Source: Eledone cirrhosa
Lineage: Eukaryota
Length of the DNA stretch: 64,000 nucleotides
Assembly (NCBI GenBank): GCA_964016885.1
Contig: OZ024751.1
Coordinates: forward strand, 51,832,001 to 51,896,000
Direction of reading: 5' to 3'
The notes under the pieces were generated by a model, which saw only the letters and a program-made list of their open reading frames with translations, was not told the origin of the DNA and did no database searches. Shown in pieces: positions 11,745 to 24,825 of the stretch; position 1 is the first letter of the stretch, and every line of letters begins with the position of its first letter. The position numbers and the translations under genes are program-made.

Positions 11745-12020
11745 AACGGAAAAGGAGTCATCCTTCATCATGATAATGCTAGACTTCACACTGCACAAAA
11801 GACCAAAGATCTAGAAAAATATGCCTGGGAAATTATGCTTCACCCACCATATTCCCGGGACCTCACAGTAACAGATTACCATCTCTCTAGCAGTTTGCAA
11901 AATCATTTGAGTGGATTAAGACTTCCTTCAAGAGAAGAAGTCGAAAATGAGTTAGTTTCCTTTCTTAGTTCAAAACCTAAAGAATTTTATGAACATAGAA
12001 TTAAAAAGCTTTCGTTTTGA
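11745..12020 (+). mobile_element. Mariner transposase fragment
   Basis: ILHHDNARLH...HPPYSRDLTVTDYHL (HDNARPH and YSPDL motifs). Confidence 0.85.
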
Positions 12021-12344
12021 CCCAATACACAAGTTTGTAATTGGATATTATAGCTTGGTTTTACTGTTTTTCCCATTTTAGCTATCAAGTTACCTGGACT
12101 GTGACAGTATCAATAACAAAAATGCATTATGACAATTCTAGGTGATATAGGTGACAATATTAGTTTATAACCTTAAAATAGAGGAGTGAGTACAATGCCA
12201 AGAAAGTGGGTATTAACAACATAGTTGTCACATAAACATTAGTATGGCTGAGGAAATACTTGGCAATATCGATTACATCTCTTCATACTCACAGTTCAAA
12301 CCTCTTCTGAGGTCAACTTTACCTTCCACCCAACCTAAATACCA

Positions 12345-12590
12345 TTCTTCTTCTTCGCCCACTTATTCCTGAGAGGGTCGTGGGGGCAGAGTCCTCAAAC
12401 ACTCCTTCCAGCGAGTCCTCTCGGAAGCAACCATCTCAAACTGATCAGGCTGGATCCCCAAGTGTGACCAGCCAAGCTCATGGATGTTATCCAACCATCT
12501 TACTCGGGGTCTATCCCTAGGTCTCCTACAGGTTGGTTTTGCCCGTAAAATCTGTCCAGCAATTCTTTCCCTGAAACATTCTAACCAATA
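12345..12590 (-). mobile_element. Distinct RTE/Expander-like 3' fragment with (GAA)n tail
   Basis: Translates as RRPRDRPRVRWLDNI...RTRWKECLRTLPPRP-stop, then gaagaagaagaa. Confidence 0.65.
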
Positions 12591-12828
12591 GCATTCAAGT
12601 ACTGCAATTGATATAGTTGACTTATATTGTAGGCACAGTCATGGCTGTGTGGTTTAAAAGTTTACTTCTAAAGTATATAATTCCATATCTGGTCACAATG
12701 CTGTCTGAGTAAATTTGGTAGATAGGAACTCTAAAGGCCTATTGTTTGTGTGTGTATGTGTGTTAGTGTATATCTTTACCTCCAAAACACTGTTGATGAC
12801 ATGTAACTAGATATATTTGCCTACTTAC

Positions 12829-12908
12829 CTGGTTCAAACAATGACAACATTAAGTTTGACTTTTTCTTGCTGTCTGCCCAAGAATATAACATTCCATACC
12901 AGTTTTCG
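12829..12908 (-). CDS. INTS14: INTS14 coding exon 6
   Basis: ENWYGMLYSWADSKKKSNLMLSLFEP; cacag/GTAAG; 80 nt, phase 2/1. Confidence 0.95.
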
Positions 12909-13256
12909 CTGTGATATAAAGGAAGACAATTAAATAGAAACATTAAATAAAATGAAATAAATAAATAAACAAAGAACTCTCTAGAAAACACTCTTATGTC
13001 AATGTGTAGGAGACATGGTGAAAAGGCTCCCAGTCCACAATGTAAATGTGGTTGGTGTTAGGAAGGGCATCCAGCTGTAAAAAAAACCTGCCAGAGACAC
13101 TTCAGTGAGAGCAAATCATGGTCTCCCGGCCATTCCCGCATCTGATAGAACAAAACTGTCTAACCCATGCTAGCATGCAAGAAGGACGTTAAATAATACT
13201 AATAATAATAATAATAATAATAAGAAGAAGAAGAAGAAGAATAATAGCGGCGACGA

Positions 13257-13308
<52 letters not shown>

Positions 13309-13852
13309 TCATCATTTTACGTCCGCTTTTCCCTACTTGCAAGGGTGGGACGGGAACTGTGTATATATATATAGATATATATATATATATATAAATAAAT
13401 ATACACGGGTGTGTATGATTGTGTATAGAAGATTATATTAATAAAAGGAATTCCAACTTTGTCTGATTTACTCGTTTTATTTACAATCCTTTAAAATTAT
13501 AATGATATTATAATGAAATAGTATGGTAGAATATTAACTGTTAAATGTTAATTGAACAAGTTCTTTCATGCTTTCCCAATCTTCAGGTTCATATTCAGTG
13601 ATGACAGTCAAGTTTGCAATTTTCAACTGTAATGAGATGGGTAAAATCTGTGCCTTATATACAGTAAAAAGGGGCTACAGAATGCTAGGTTTTGCAGACT
13701 GTATTTCGACCAATTTGTGTGTAGATTCACTAGATTACTAAAGCTGATTGGTTTAGGCGTCACGGTTAGCTGAGCATGTCTAACGACCTCTATTTGACCC
13801 TATCCAAAGCATCAATTGTTTTGCTATTTTTAAACAATGATGATGATGACAA

Positions 13853-13915
<63 letters not shown>

Positions 13916-14180
13916 ATAATCATAAAAGGACGATTTGTTATGTCTTCCTTACGTTTATTGAGTAGTGATGCGCGTTTTGCTATTGATCAGCTCAAGGTTC
14001 GATCTGCATCGATCTGGTCTGATCTGGCCCGACGACCTTTTGTTTCCAGAGTCAGGCCAGATCGATACAGATCGAACCTTGAGCTGATCAATAACGAAAC
14101 GTCTGTCACTATTCAATAGACGTAATGAAGACATAACAAATCGTCCTTTTATTATTATAATTACACTCTGTGTAATTATA

Positions 14181-14372
14181 GGCGGGGGATTGGCAGTATC
14201 GGTAGAAGGTCGGATGCCATGCTTTGCAGCATAGAGTTACGGCCCATTTATGGTCTGAGTTCAAATTCCGCCGAGGTTAACTTTGCCTTTCATCCTTACG
14301 GGGTCGATAAAATAAAGTACCAGTAATGTACTGGGTAATTGCTGGCCTTGTGCCAAAAGTAGAAACAATTAT
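14181..14372 (+). mobile_element. Second tRNA-SINE family (copies near 23830, 40728, 40915, 44348, 45431, 50760 minus, 55047, 55395, 55696, 56758)
   Basis: Recurrent tggcagtatcggtaga...gagttcaaat...gcctttcatccttacggggtcgataaaataaagtacc; resembles a MetaSINE-type core. Confidence 0.8.
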
Positions 14373-14780
14373 AATTACACTCTGTTTAGTTCTACACCTC
14401 TAGCAAACTACGCATGGAGTGTTCACTCAGGTGAACCTACAGTAACTGCACGTTACACTCCTTAGACATATATATATATATATTGAAAAAGGACAAAGAC
14501 AATGAAAAAAACCCAGAAAGAAGGACACTCCCATCTCCTTAGTCAATCTCTGGAAATCACTACAGTTTTGGTGCATTAAGGTTGACGCCATTCATTCCAA
14601 TGCACATTGGAACATAATAAAACACGTAGAGACAAGTTAAGCCTTTAGGTAAATTACACAAATATAGTGTGCACAGGGGCTTATCCAAAGGGAGTTTAGC
14701 AAGGCTTTTGGAGATAGTAGTCTATACAACTGGTTGACCATCGTGCTGCCAACCATTTTAGTTAGCTCTTACAACGTGTA

Positions 14781-14962
14781 CAGATACAGTGTAGCTATTC
14801 TAAACCAGATACAGTGTAGCTATTGTAAACCAGATACAGTGTAGCTATTCTAAACCAGATACAGTGTAGCTATTGTAAACCAGATACAGTGTAGCTATTG
14901 TAAACCAGATACAGTGTAGCTATTCTAAACCAGATACAGTGTAGCTATTCTAAACCAGATAC
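14781..14962. repeat. 25-bp minisatellite, about 7 copies
   Basis: Unit cagatacagtgtagctatt(c/g)taaac. Confidence 0.9.
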
Positions 14963-15400
14963 ACACAGTATAAATAACATCATAAACATGTTGACTAAGT
15001 CACGTTGAATATGATAAAAGTTATTACAAGAAAGACTATAGGAAAAAAGGAAATGCATAATTCCCACACTAAATGAATTCAGTTAATACCAGTAATTATT
15101 TATGACATTTCAAGAAAATGTATTCCTTTATTGTGTTTCATTGTGTTATTCTCTCACAATCTTAACGTACTTCAAGTCAACCCAAAATAGGTATCAGTTA
15201 ACTTTATATTTACATATCTAACCCATGCCAGCGTGGAAAAATGGACATAAGATGATGATGATGATGATGATATTTACATACATTTACAAAACATGTAAAT
15301 GCACATGAGATTTCAGTTGAAGCCATTAGCACAGTGAGCCAACAACAGAATCTCTACAATAGGTAAAAAAAAAACTATGCCATTATCATCCTTATCATCA

Positions 15401-15940
15401 CGAGGTGTCACAACAAAAAGCACCCAGTCCACACTGTACACTGGTTGTGTAGGTGTCACGACAAAAAGCACCCAGTCCATGCTCTAAAGTGGTTGTGTAG
15501 GTGTCACGACAAAAAGCACCCAGTCCACACTGTACAGTGGTTGTGTAGGTGTCACGACAAAAAGCACCTAGTCCACGCTGTACAGTGGTTGTGTAAGGTG
15601 TCACGACAAAAAGCACCCAGTCCACACTGTACAGTGGTTGTGTAGGTGTCACGACAAAAAGCACCTAGTCCACGCTGTACAGTGGTTGTGTAGGTGCCAT
15701 GACAAAAAGCACTTAGTCCATGTTATAAAGTGGTCGTGTAGGCGACACGGCAAAAGCACCCAGCACTCACTGTAAATGTGGTTGGTGTTAGGAAGGGCAT
15801 CCAGCCGTAGAAACCAAACGAAAATCAGTTCTGTGTGAGGCAATCATGGTTCCCCAACCTGATCCTTCACAAAGGGACAGCCCATCCTACCCATGTTAGT
15901 GTGGAAGATGGACGTTAAACAATGATGATGATGATGATGA
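15401..15940 (+). repeat. RTE 3'UTR fragment with about 8 tandem copies of a 48-bp unit
   Basis: Unit ggtgtcacgacaaaaagcacccagtccacactgtacagtggttgtgta, followed by the RTE tail and (GAT)n. Confidence 0.85.
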
Positions 15941-16319
15941 TCATCATCATCATCATACTTGCATGGGTAGGATGGGCTCTATCCAGTACATTCCCCTTCC
16001 CCTCATAGTGTTACTTATTCATATACTCTCTCAGGTTCAACATTTCAGGAAACTCTTTTCAGTTTAGTTTGACACTTCTTCCTCTAATGTTTCCGTCATA
16101 AATAGACCTAGCTCGCCACTTGTGACGATAGGAAAGGCATGTATGTCCTACTGTAAAAGAACAACCCACAAATTACAGAATACAACCAATACGAGCCTAT
16201 GAAGAAGTCTTTCCTTCCATAGTTACTGAAAATGCTAGAAATAACAGCAAAATCTTCCTTAAATTACACCCTACTGTCATAAAAAAAGAGTTCAGTGGAT
16301 ACTGTCATGATGTCGATTG

Positions 16320-19300
16320 AAATGGTGATGATAGTTGGAGTAGTTGTAATGGTGTTTGCAGTGGTGGTAGTGGTTGTGGTGATGATGGTTGTAGTGGTGG
16401 TGGTGGTTGTGATGGTAGTGGTTGTGGTGATGATGGTTGTAGAGGTGGTGGTGGTTGTGGTGGTAGTGGTTGTGGTGATGATGGTTGTAGTGGTGGTGGT
16501 GGTGGTAGTGGTTGTGGTGATGATGGTTGTAGTGGTGGTGGTGGTTGTGATGGTAGTGGTTGTGGTGATGATGGTTGTAGAGGTGGTAGAGGTGGTGGTG
16601 GTTGTGGTGGTTGTGGTGGTAGTGGTTGTGGTGATGATGGTTGTAGTGGTGGTGGTGGTGGTTGTGGTGGTAGTGGTTGTGGTGATGATGGTTGTAGTGG
16701 TGGTGGTGGTGGTAGTGGTTGTGGTGATGATGGTTGTAGTGGTGGTGGTGGTTGTGATGGTAGTGGTTGTGGTGATGATGGTTGTAGAGGTGGTGGTGGT
16801 TGTGGTGGTAGTGGTTGTGGTGATGATGGTTGTAGTGGTGGTGGTGGTGGTAGTGGTTGTGGTGATGATGGTTGTAGTGGTGGTGGTGGTTGTGATGGTA
16901 GTGGTTGTGGTGATGATGGTTGTAGAGGTGGTGGTGGTTGTGGTGGTAGTGGTTGTGGTGATGATGGTTGTAGTGGTGGTGGTGGTGGTAGTGGTTGTGG
17001 TGATGATGGTTGTAGTGGTGGTGGTGGTTGTGATGGTAGTGGTTGTGGTGATGATGGTTGTAGAGGTGGTGGTGGTTGTGGTGGTAGTGGTTGTGGTGAT
17101 GATGGTTGTAGTGGTGGTGGTGGTGGTTGTGGTGGTAGTGGTTGTGGTGATGATGGTTGTAGTGGTGGTGGTGGTTGTGGTGGTAGTGGTTGTGGTGATG
17201 ATGGTTGTAGTGGTGGTGGTGGTGGTTGTGGTGGTAGTGGTTGTGGTGATGATGGTTGTAGTGGTGGTAGTGGTTGTGGTGATGATGGTTGTAGTGGTGG
17301 TGGTGGTGGTGGTTGTGGTGGTAGTGGTTGTGGTGATGATGGTTGTAGTGGTGGTGGTGGTGGTTGTGGTGGTAGTGGTTGTGGTGATGATGGTTGTAGT
17401 GGTGGTGGTGGTGGTTGTGGTGGTAGTGGTTGTGGTGATGATGGTTGTAGTGGTGGTAGTGGTTGTGGTGATGATGGTTGTAGTGGTGGTGGTGGTGGTG
17501 GTGGTTGTGGTGGTAGTGGTTGTGGTGATGATGGTTGTAGTGGTGGTGGTGGTGGTTGTGGTGGTAGTGGTTGTGGTGATGATGGTTGTAGTGGTGGTGG
17601 TGGTGGTAGTGGTTGTGGTGATGATGGTTGTAGTGGTGGTGGTGGTTGTGATGGTAGTGGTTGTGGTGATGATGGTTGTAGTGGTGGTGGTGGTTGTGGT
17701 GGTAGTGGTTGTGGTGATGATGGTTGTAGTGGTGGTGGTGGTGGTTGTGGTGGTAGTGGTTGTGGTGATGATGGTTGTAGTGGTGGTGGTGGTTGTGGTG
17801 GTAGTGGTTGTGGTGATGATGGTTGTAGTGGTGGTGGTGGTGGTTGTGGTGGTAGTGGTTGTGGTGATGATGGTTGTAGTGGTGGTAGTGGTTGTGGTGA
17901 TGATGGTTGTAGTGGTGGTGGTGGTGGTGGTTGTGGTGGTAGTGGTTGTGGTGATGATGGTTGTAGTGGTGGTGGTGGTGGTTGTGGTGGTAGTGGTTGT
18001 GGTGATGATGGTTGTAGTGGTGGTGGTGGTGGTTGTGGTGGTAGTGGTTGTGGTGATGATGGTTGTAGTGGTGGTAGTGGTTGTGGTGATGATGGTTGTA
18101 GTGGTGGTGGTGGTGGTGGTTGTGGTGGTAGTGGTTGTGGTGATGATGGTTGTAGTGGTGGTGGTGGTTGTGGTGGTAGTGGTTGTGGTGATGATGGTTG
18201 TAGTGGTGGTGGTGGTGGTGGTTGTGGTGGTAGTGGTTGTGGTGATGATGGTTGTAGTGGTGGTGGTGGTGGTTGTGGTGGTAGTGGTTGTGGTGATGAT
18301 GGTTGTAGTGGTGGTGGTGGTTGTGGTGGTAGTGGTTGTGGTGATGATGGTTGTAGTGGTGGTGGTGGTTGTGGTGGTAGTGGTTGTGGTGATGATGGTT
18401 GTAGTGGTGGTGGTGGTTGTGGTGGTAGTGGTTGTGGTGATGATGGTTGTAGTGGTGGTGGTGGTGGTTGTGGTGGTAGTGGTTGTGGTGATGATGGTTG
18501 TAGTGGTGGTAGTGGTTGTGGTGATGATGGTTGTAGTGGTGGTGGTGGTTGTGGTGGTAGTGGTTGTGGTGATGATGGTTGTAGTGGTGGTGGTGGTGGT
18601 AGTGGTTGTGGTGATGATGGTTGTAGTGGTTGTGGTGATGATGGTTGTAGTGGTGGTGGTGGTTGTGGTGGTAGTGGTTGTGGTGATGATGGTTGTAGTG
18701 GTGGTGGTGGTTGTGGTGATGATGGTTGTGGTGGTAGTGGTTGTGGTGATGATGGTTGTAGTGGTGGTGGTGGTTGTGGTGATGATGGTTGTAGTGGTGG
18801 TGGTTGTGGTGGTTGTGGTGGTAGTGGTTGTGGTGATGATGGTTGTAGTGGTGGTGGTGGTTGTGGTGGTAGTGGTTGTGGTGATGATGGTTGTAGTGGT
18901 GGTGGTGGTGGTTGTGGTGGTAGTGGTTGTGGTGATGATGGTTGTAGTGGTGGTGGTGGTTGTGGTGGTAGTGGTTGTGGTGATGATGGTTGTAGTGGTG
19001 GTGGTGGTTGTGGTGGTAGTGGTTGTGGTGATGATGGTTGTAGTGGTGGTGGTGGTGGTTGTGGTGGTAGTGGTTGTGGTGATGATGGTTGTAGTGGTGG
19101 TGGTGGTTGTGGTGGTAGTGGTTGTGGTGATGATGGTTGTAGTGGTGGTGGTGGTTGTGGTGATGATGGTTGTAGTGGTGGTGGTGGTGGTGGTTGTGGT
19201 GGTAGTGGTTGTGGTGATGATGGTTGTAGTGGTGGTAGTGGTGATGATGGTTGTTGTGGTGGTGGTGGTGGTTGTGGTGGTAGTGGTTGTGGTGATGATG

Positions 19301-20705
19301 GTTGTAGAGGTGGTGGTGGTTGTGGTGGTAGTGGTTGTGGTGATGATGGTTGTAGTGGTGGTGGTGGTTGTGGTGATGATGGTTGTAGTGGTGGTGGTGG
19401 TTGTGGTGGTAGTGGTTGTGGTGATGATGGTTGTAGTGGTGGTGGTGGTTGTGGTGATGATGGTTGTAGTGGTGGTGGTGGTTGTGGTGGTAGTGGTTGT
19501 GGTGATGATGGTTGTAGTGGTGGTGGTGGTTGTGGTGATGATGGTTGTAGTGGTGGTGGTGGTGGTTGTGGTGGTAGTGGTTGTGGTGATGATGGTTGTA
19601 GTATTTGTGAAGTTGATGGTTGTAGTGGTGGTGTTGATGGTTGTAATGGTTGTGGTATTGACGATGGTTGTAGTGGTTGTGGTATTGACGATGGTTGTAG
19701 TGGTTGTTGTATTGATGATGGTTGTAGTGGTTGAGGTATTGACGATGGTTGTAGTGGTTGTGGTATTGACAATGGTTGTAGTGGTTGTGGTATTGACGAT
19801 GGTTGTAGCAGTTGTGGTATTGACGATGGTTGTAGTGGTTGTGGTATTGACAATGGTTGTAGCAGTTGTGGTATTGACGATGGTTGTAGTGGTTGTGGTA
19901 TTGACAATGGTTGTAGCAGTTGTGGTATTGACGATGGTTGTAGTGGTTGTGGTATTGATGATGGTTGTAGTGGTTGTTGTATTGATGATGGTTGTAGTGG
20001 TTGTGGTATTGATGATGGTTGTAGTGGTTGTTGTATTGATGATGGTTGTAGTGGTTGAGGTGTTGACGATGGTTGTAGTGATTGTGGTATTGACAATGGT
20101 TGTAGTGGTTGTGGTATTGACAATGGTTGTAGCAGTTGTGGTATTAACGATGGTTGTAGTGGTTGTGGTATTGATGATGGTTGTAGTGGTTGTGGTATTG
20201 ATGATGGTTGTAGTGGTTGAGGTATTGACGATGGTTGTAGTGATTGTGGTATTGACAATGGTTGTAGTGGTTGTGGTATTGACAATGGTTGTAGCAGTTG
20301 TGGTATTAACGATGGTTGTAGTGGTTGTGGTATTGATGATGGTTGTAGTGGTTGAGGTATTGGCGATGGTTGTAGTGGTTGTGGTATTGACAATGGTTGT
20401 AGTGGTTGTGGTATTGACAATGGTTGTAGCAGTTGTGGTATTAACGATGGTTGTAGTGGTTGTGGTATTGATGATGGTTGTAGTGGTTGAGGTATTGACG
20501 ATGGTTGTAGTGGTTGTGGTATTGACAATGGTTGTAGTGGTTGTGGTATTGACAATGGTTGTAGCAGTTGTGGTATTAACGATGGTTGTAGTGGTTGTGG
20601 TATTGATGATGGTTGTAGTGGTTGAGGTATTGACGATGGTTGTAGTGGTTGTGGTATTGACAATGGTTGTAATGGTTGTGTTGATGGTTGTAGTGGTTCT
20701 GGTGC
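16320..20705. repeat. 4.4-kb GTN/ATG trinucleotide-phased satellite with two sub-arrays
   Basis: Variable units of roughly 30-57 bp (gatgatggttgtagt(ggt)n...) to about 19600, then about 27-bp units (gacgatggttgtagtggttgtggtatt). Confidence 0.95.
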
Positions 20706-20729
20706 TTTAATAAAACAGGAGGAACTTAC

Positions 20730-20934
20730 CCCACTTCAGTAAGAGCAACCATGCCTTCAACTTTCAAACTTCCATGTAGTAAGACACTAAAAGACGGCGC
20801 CTTGCCACCTTCAGCAGCAGCTGCTGCTGCTGCTGCAGCCGCTGCTGCCGCTTTCCCTGCCTCGTCTGTGGTCGATGAAACATCTTCATCTCCATCTTTA
20901 GATTCTTTGTTATTGTTAGTGTCTCCATTGGATT
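20730..20934 (-). CDS. INTS14: INTS14 coding exon 5 (acidic linker with Ala13)
   Basis: GKAPSFSVLLHGSLKVEGMVALTEVG; ttccag/GTAAG; 205 nt, phase 1/2. Confidence 0.93.
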
Positions 20935-21537
20935 CTGGAAATGGGAAAGAAATTTTGTAGCAAAATGCAAAAAGCAAAAAAAAAAATTATTATTATTATT
21001 ATTTGTGCTTTTCCTCTTCTTTCAGTTTTGTTTCCATTTCTTGCTGGGTTTCTCTGTGATATGTAGGACAGAGAAACTCACATCATACATTGATAAACCA
21101 CAAAAATAAACCCCAGATTGTTCACACCATGCACTTTACACAGTCACAAGTATATCATTTGCTTTATGCATGTACACATTATCTATTGAAAATCACATTT
21201 ACAACAGAATGATATTCAATCATATAGGAGTAATCAGTTATTTACAACTTACATAATTCTGGAATATAATCAAATAAAGTTATGTAAAGAAAATTACTAA
21301 GATGGTTATTCTTCTCAATACCAGTTAAAAAATAAAAAAAATGTTTGCACTTCTTGCAGTGGTAGTAATCTAGGAGTCATTCTAAAATAATGTTGTTCCT
21401 TTTCTGAACATTACTAGTGCTCCTACAATCACTGTATTGTAATGACCTTGAGATGCCACATTTTTTTCAATTTCAATGAGCAAATCTTTATATTTTCTTA
21501 GCTTGTCGAATTCTTTTACTACAATATTGTGATCACA

Positions 21538-21540
<3 letters not shown>

Positions 21541-21568
<28 letters not shown>

Positions 21569-23487
21569 CCGTTTTACGTCCGTTCTTCCACACTAGCATG
21601 GGTTAGACGGGTTGTCCTGTTGTGGGCAGTGTCTGGTCGGCTGACCATGCCTTGCTCATACAGGAACTGATTTGGCTTGATTTCTACAGCTGGATGCCGT
21701 TCCTAACACCAACCTCATTTACAGTGAGTGCTGGGTGCTTTTTCGTGGCGCCTACACGTCCACTTTACAGTGTGGGCTGGGTGCTTTTTTGCCGTGGCAC
21801 CTCCACGACCACCTTGCAGTGGGGGGTGTGGGGGCATATTGTCTATATGCTTCAGCTTGTACCCATGGGAGGTCGGGTACTCTGTATTACTGCGTGACGC
21901 CAGAAGTCACGGTCGTGTGTCATTGTCTTTGAGAGGTGCAATTGGGTAAGGTCGGCTTTTATCACCTCATCCCAGGTCATCTTGGGTCTCCCCACTCCGC
22001 GGTTTCCATCAACTTCTAGTGCTCTGCACCTTTTTATGCAGCTGTCATCCTTCATACGCATCACATGTTCATACCAGCGCAACCGCCTCTCCTGCACACA
22101 GCATTTGATACCTCTTATGCTCAGTCTCTCTCTCAATTCATTTATGCTTTGTCGTTCACGTATATTACTGTTACACATCCATCGGAGCATACAGGCTTCG
22201 TTTCTCTCTAATCTACGTAAGTCTTCCACCTTCAGCGCCCAGGTCTCACTACCATGCAACATCGCTGTTCGGATACACGCATCATACAGTCTGCCTTTCA
22301 TTCTGAGGGAGAAGCCTTTTGCAGCTAGCAGTGGTAGTAGTTCCCTAAACTTCTTCCATCCCGTTCTTACCCTAGTTATTGTACTTTCTGAACACCCACC
22401 TCTGCTGCTAATTCGGTCAGAAGCTGTCTACTGTTTCTACAGGGCCCTCCCAGAGATTGGTGGTACTTGTTTCCTGTGGCTGTTTGCTGCTTGCTGTATC
22501 AGCACAGCTGCTGCATGTGAATCCTACATTCTTAATTAAGCTTCCTGAGATCCCGCTACATCTCTTGTGTACCCATTGTTTGCATTTGGGGCAGAGAATG
22601 GAGTTCCTACCTACACCTTTCCTACATACTGAGCAAGACCATTTCCCTGAGGGGATCTGGGTTCTGTTTTCTCGTCTACTTACAAGGACCTTAGTCTTTG
22701 TCATGTTGACTTTGAGACCCTTTCTTTCTAGTCCCTGCTTCCAAGTTTGGAATTTATTCTCTAGTTCTACCATAGATTCAGCTATGAGTGCGAGGTCATC
22801 AGCATACAGGAGTTCCCATGGGCATCCGGTCTTAAACTCCTCCGTTATTGCCTGCAGGACTATGATGAACAGGAGAGGGCTAAGAACAGAGCCCTGGTGG
22901 ACCCCAACCTGTACGCTAAATTCCTCGCTATACTCATTGTTAATCCTAACTTTGCTGACTGCTCCCCTATACATGGCTTGTACCGCTTTCACAAGCCATT
23001 CATCTTCTCCTAGTTTTCTAAGAGCCCACCAGATTACAGAACGTGGAACTCTGTCAAAGGCTTTCTCAAGGTCGACAAATGCCAAGTAGAGTGGCTTACT
23101 TTTAGCTAGGTACTTTTCCTGTAATTGCCTCACAAGGAAGAGGGCATCAGTGGTGCCTCTCCCTGGTACAAACCCAAATTGCATCTCGTCTATTTTCACC
23201 CGGTCCCTAATCAGCTGTGCTATAACTCTTTCTGTTACTTTCATGACCTGGTCCATCAACTTTATACCTCTATAGGTTCCTCTATCTAGTGCATCGCCTT
23301 TACCTTTGTAGCAGTTGACAATAATGCTATGCACCAATCTTTTGGTATGGCACCTTCTAGTATTACCTGGTTAACGATACGTGTGGTTATAGTGTGACCT
23401 ACAGACCCAGATGCCTTCAGCATCTCGGCAGCTATACCCGATGGACCGGTTGCCTTCCCCATCTTCATATCTTTGATTGCCTTACTT
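21541..23487 (-). mobile_element. RTE subfamily B, 5'-truncated and frameshifted
   Basis: RT and PHD fragments; 3'UTR with (GAT)n tail. Confidence 0.92.
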
Positions 23488-24647
23488 GGATGCTCATATC
23501 AATGTGCAAGATTCAGTGCAACCAACTGGCCAAAACTTCCTCAAAAGGTGTCCACTAAGCACCCAAGATATGGTTCCACTATGAGCAGGGTACTGTACGG
23601 CCAACTGGCCAGACCCTCCTCATAACGGGACCACCCAGTTCCACACTGAATGTGGTTGGTTTTAGGAAGGGCAAAAAATGCTTTGCCACATTTAGTGATA
23701 GCCCTTTACATTCTGAGTTCAAATCCCACAGCAGAGTTGATAAAATAAGCACCAGATCAATGCAATCAACTTTCCTCATCCCACAAATTGTTGGCCTTGT
23801 GCCAAAATTAGAAAATAAAAACCCGGATTGTGGTAGTCTGGCAGAATTGGTAGAGCATCAGACAAAGTGCCTTTGTAGTATTTGTTCTGGTTCTCTACAT
23901 TCTGAGTTCTATTCCTATTCAGGTACTTTGCTGTTCATCCTCTGTGGGTTGATAAAAGAAAGTACCAGTCAAGTACTGGGAGTCAGTATAATCTACATTC
24001 CCCTTCCCACCAAATTGCTGGCCTTGTGCCTAAATTATAAACCATTATTTCAAAGAACATTTGACACTCAACTCTTTAGCATTTATACCGGCCATATCCA
24101 GCCAGAATTCTCTCACCTCTTTCTGTTCAAGCCGGCTGTAACCAGTCACTCATGCTAATGTTAAGGTATTGTTCTCAAAATAAATAATATCAAAATCCCA
24201 TAGATTTGATATTATGTGAGGTAAAGCCTTTACTGTGAAAATATAAAAGTAAATATAGAGTAATGAAAATACTAAGGGGTTAAATATATCAAAGATTGGA
24301 CTAAGTAATATAGCAGTAGCAGCAACAACAACAAAAATGGGTGGTTGTCAACAAGTAGATTTTGGTAACACAATCTGGACTCAGGTATGTGAGACATGTG
24401 AGGACAAGCTGATAAAACAACAAAGGATAGAAATGAAAAGATTGACAAAATCCCTACACCAACACAATGGAGAGTTTATCTGTAATTATATACATTTACT
24501 GAAATGTAAAGGAATGTGACTTACATTAAACAAGCTTAGTACCATGCAGGAAGATTACAACAGAAAAATATATATATAACGCCTAAGCTGGTTGTTAAGT
24601 TGTTTTTCTAATGACCCCTAATCCCACTATATTATACAAAGTATGTA

Positions 24648-24825
24648 CAGTGAAATTCCATTATAACGAAATTCATGGGGTATAAAAAAAATTTGTTGTG
24701 GCGAAAAATTCTTTATAACAAGAAACAAATTGAGCATTTGTTGGTTATTACTTTGGGGATTGAAAAAAATATTCTTATACTGAAAGATTTGTTATAATGG
24801 TATTGTTATAACAGAATTTTACCTG
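24648..24825. mobile_element. Tigger/pogo-like MITE
   Basis: TA-CAGTGAAATTCCATTATAAC ... GTTATAACAGAATTTTACCTG-TA. Confidence 0.65.

Noticed and set aside
14781-15780. Regular repeats as a CRISPR array
   Set aside because: No unique spacers and a eukaryotic context; these are ordinary minisatellites
16295-20710. 1471-aa poly-Val and 1452-aa Pro/Gln ORFs as real proteins
   Set aside because: By-products of a stop-free trinucleotide satellite inside an INTS14 intron; no unique domain or splice support
20999-21053. Purine-rich minus-strand segment after an AG (ETQQEMETKLKEEEKHK*) as an extra INTS14 exon
   Set aside because: Phase does not fit exon 4 (gives an early stop) and there is no donor; exons 4 and 5 already join in frame
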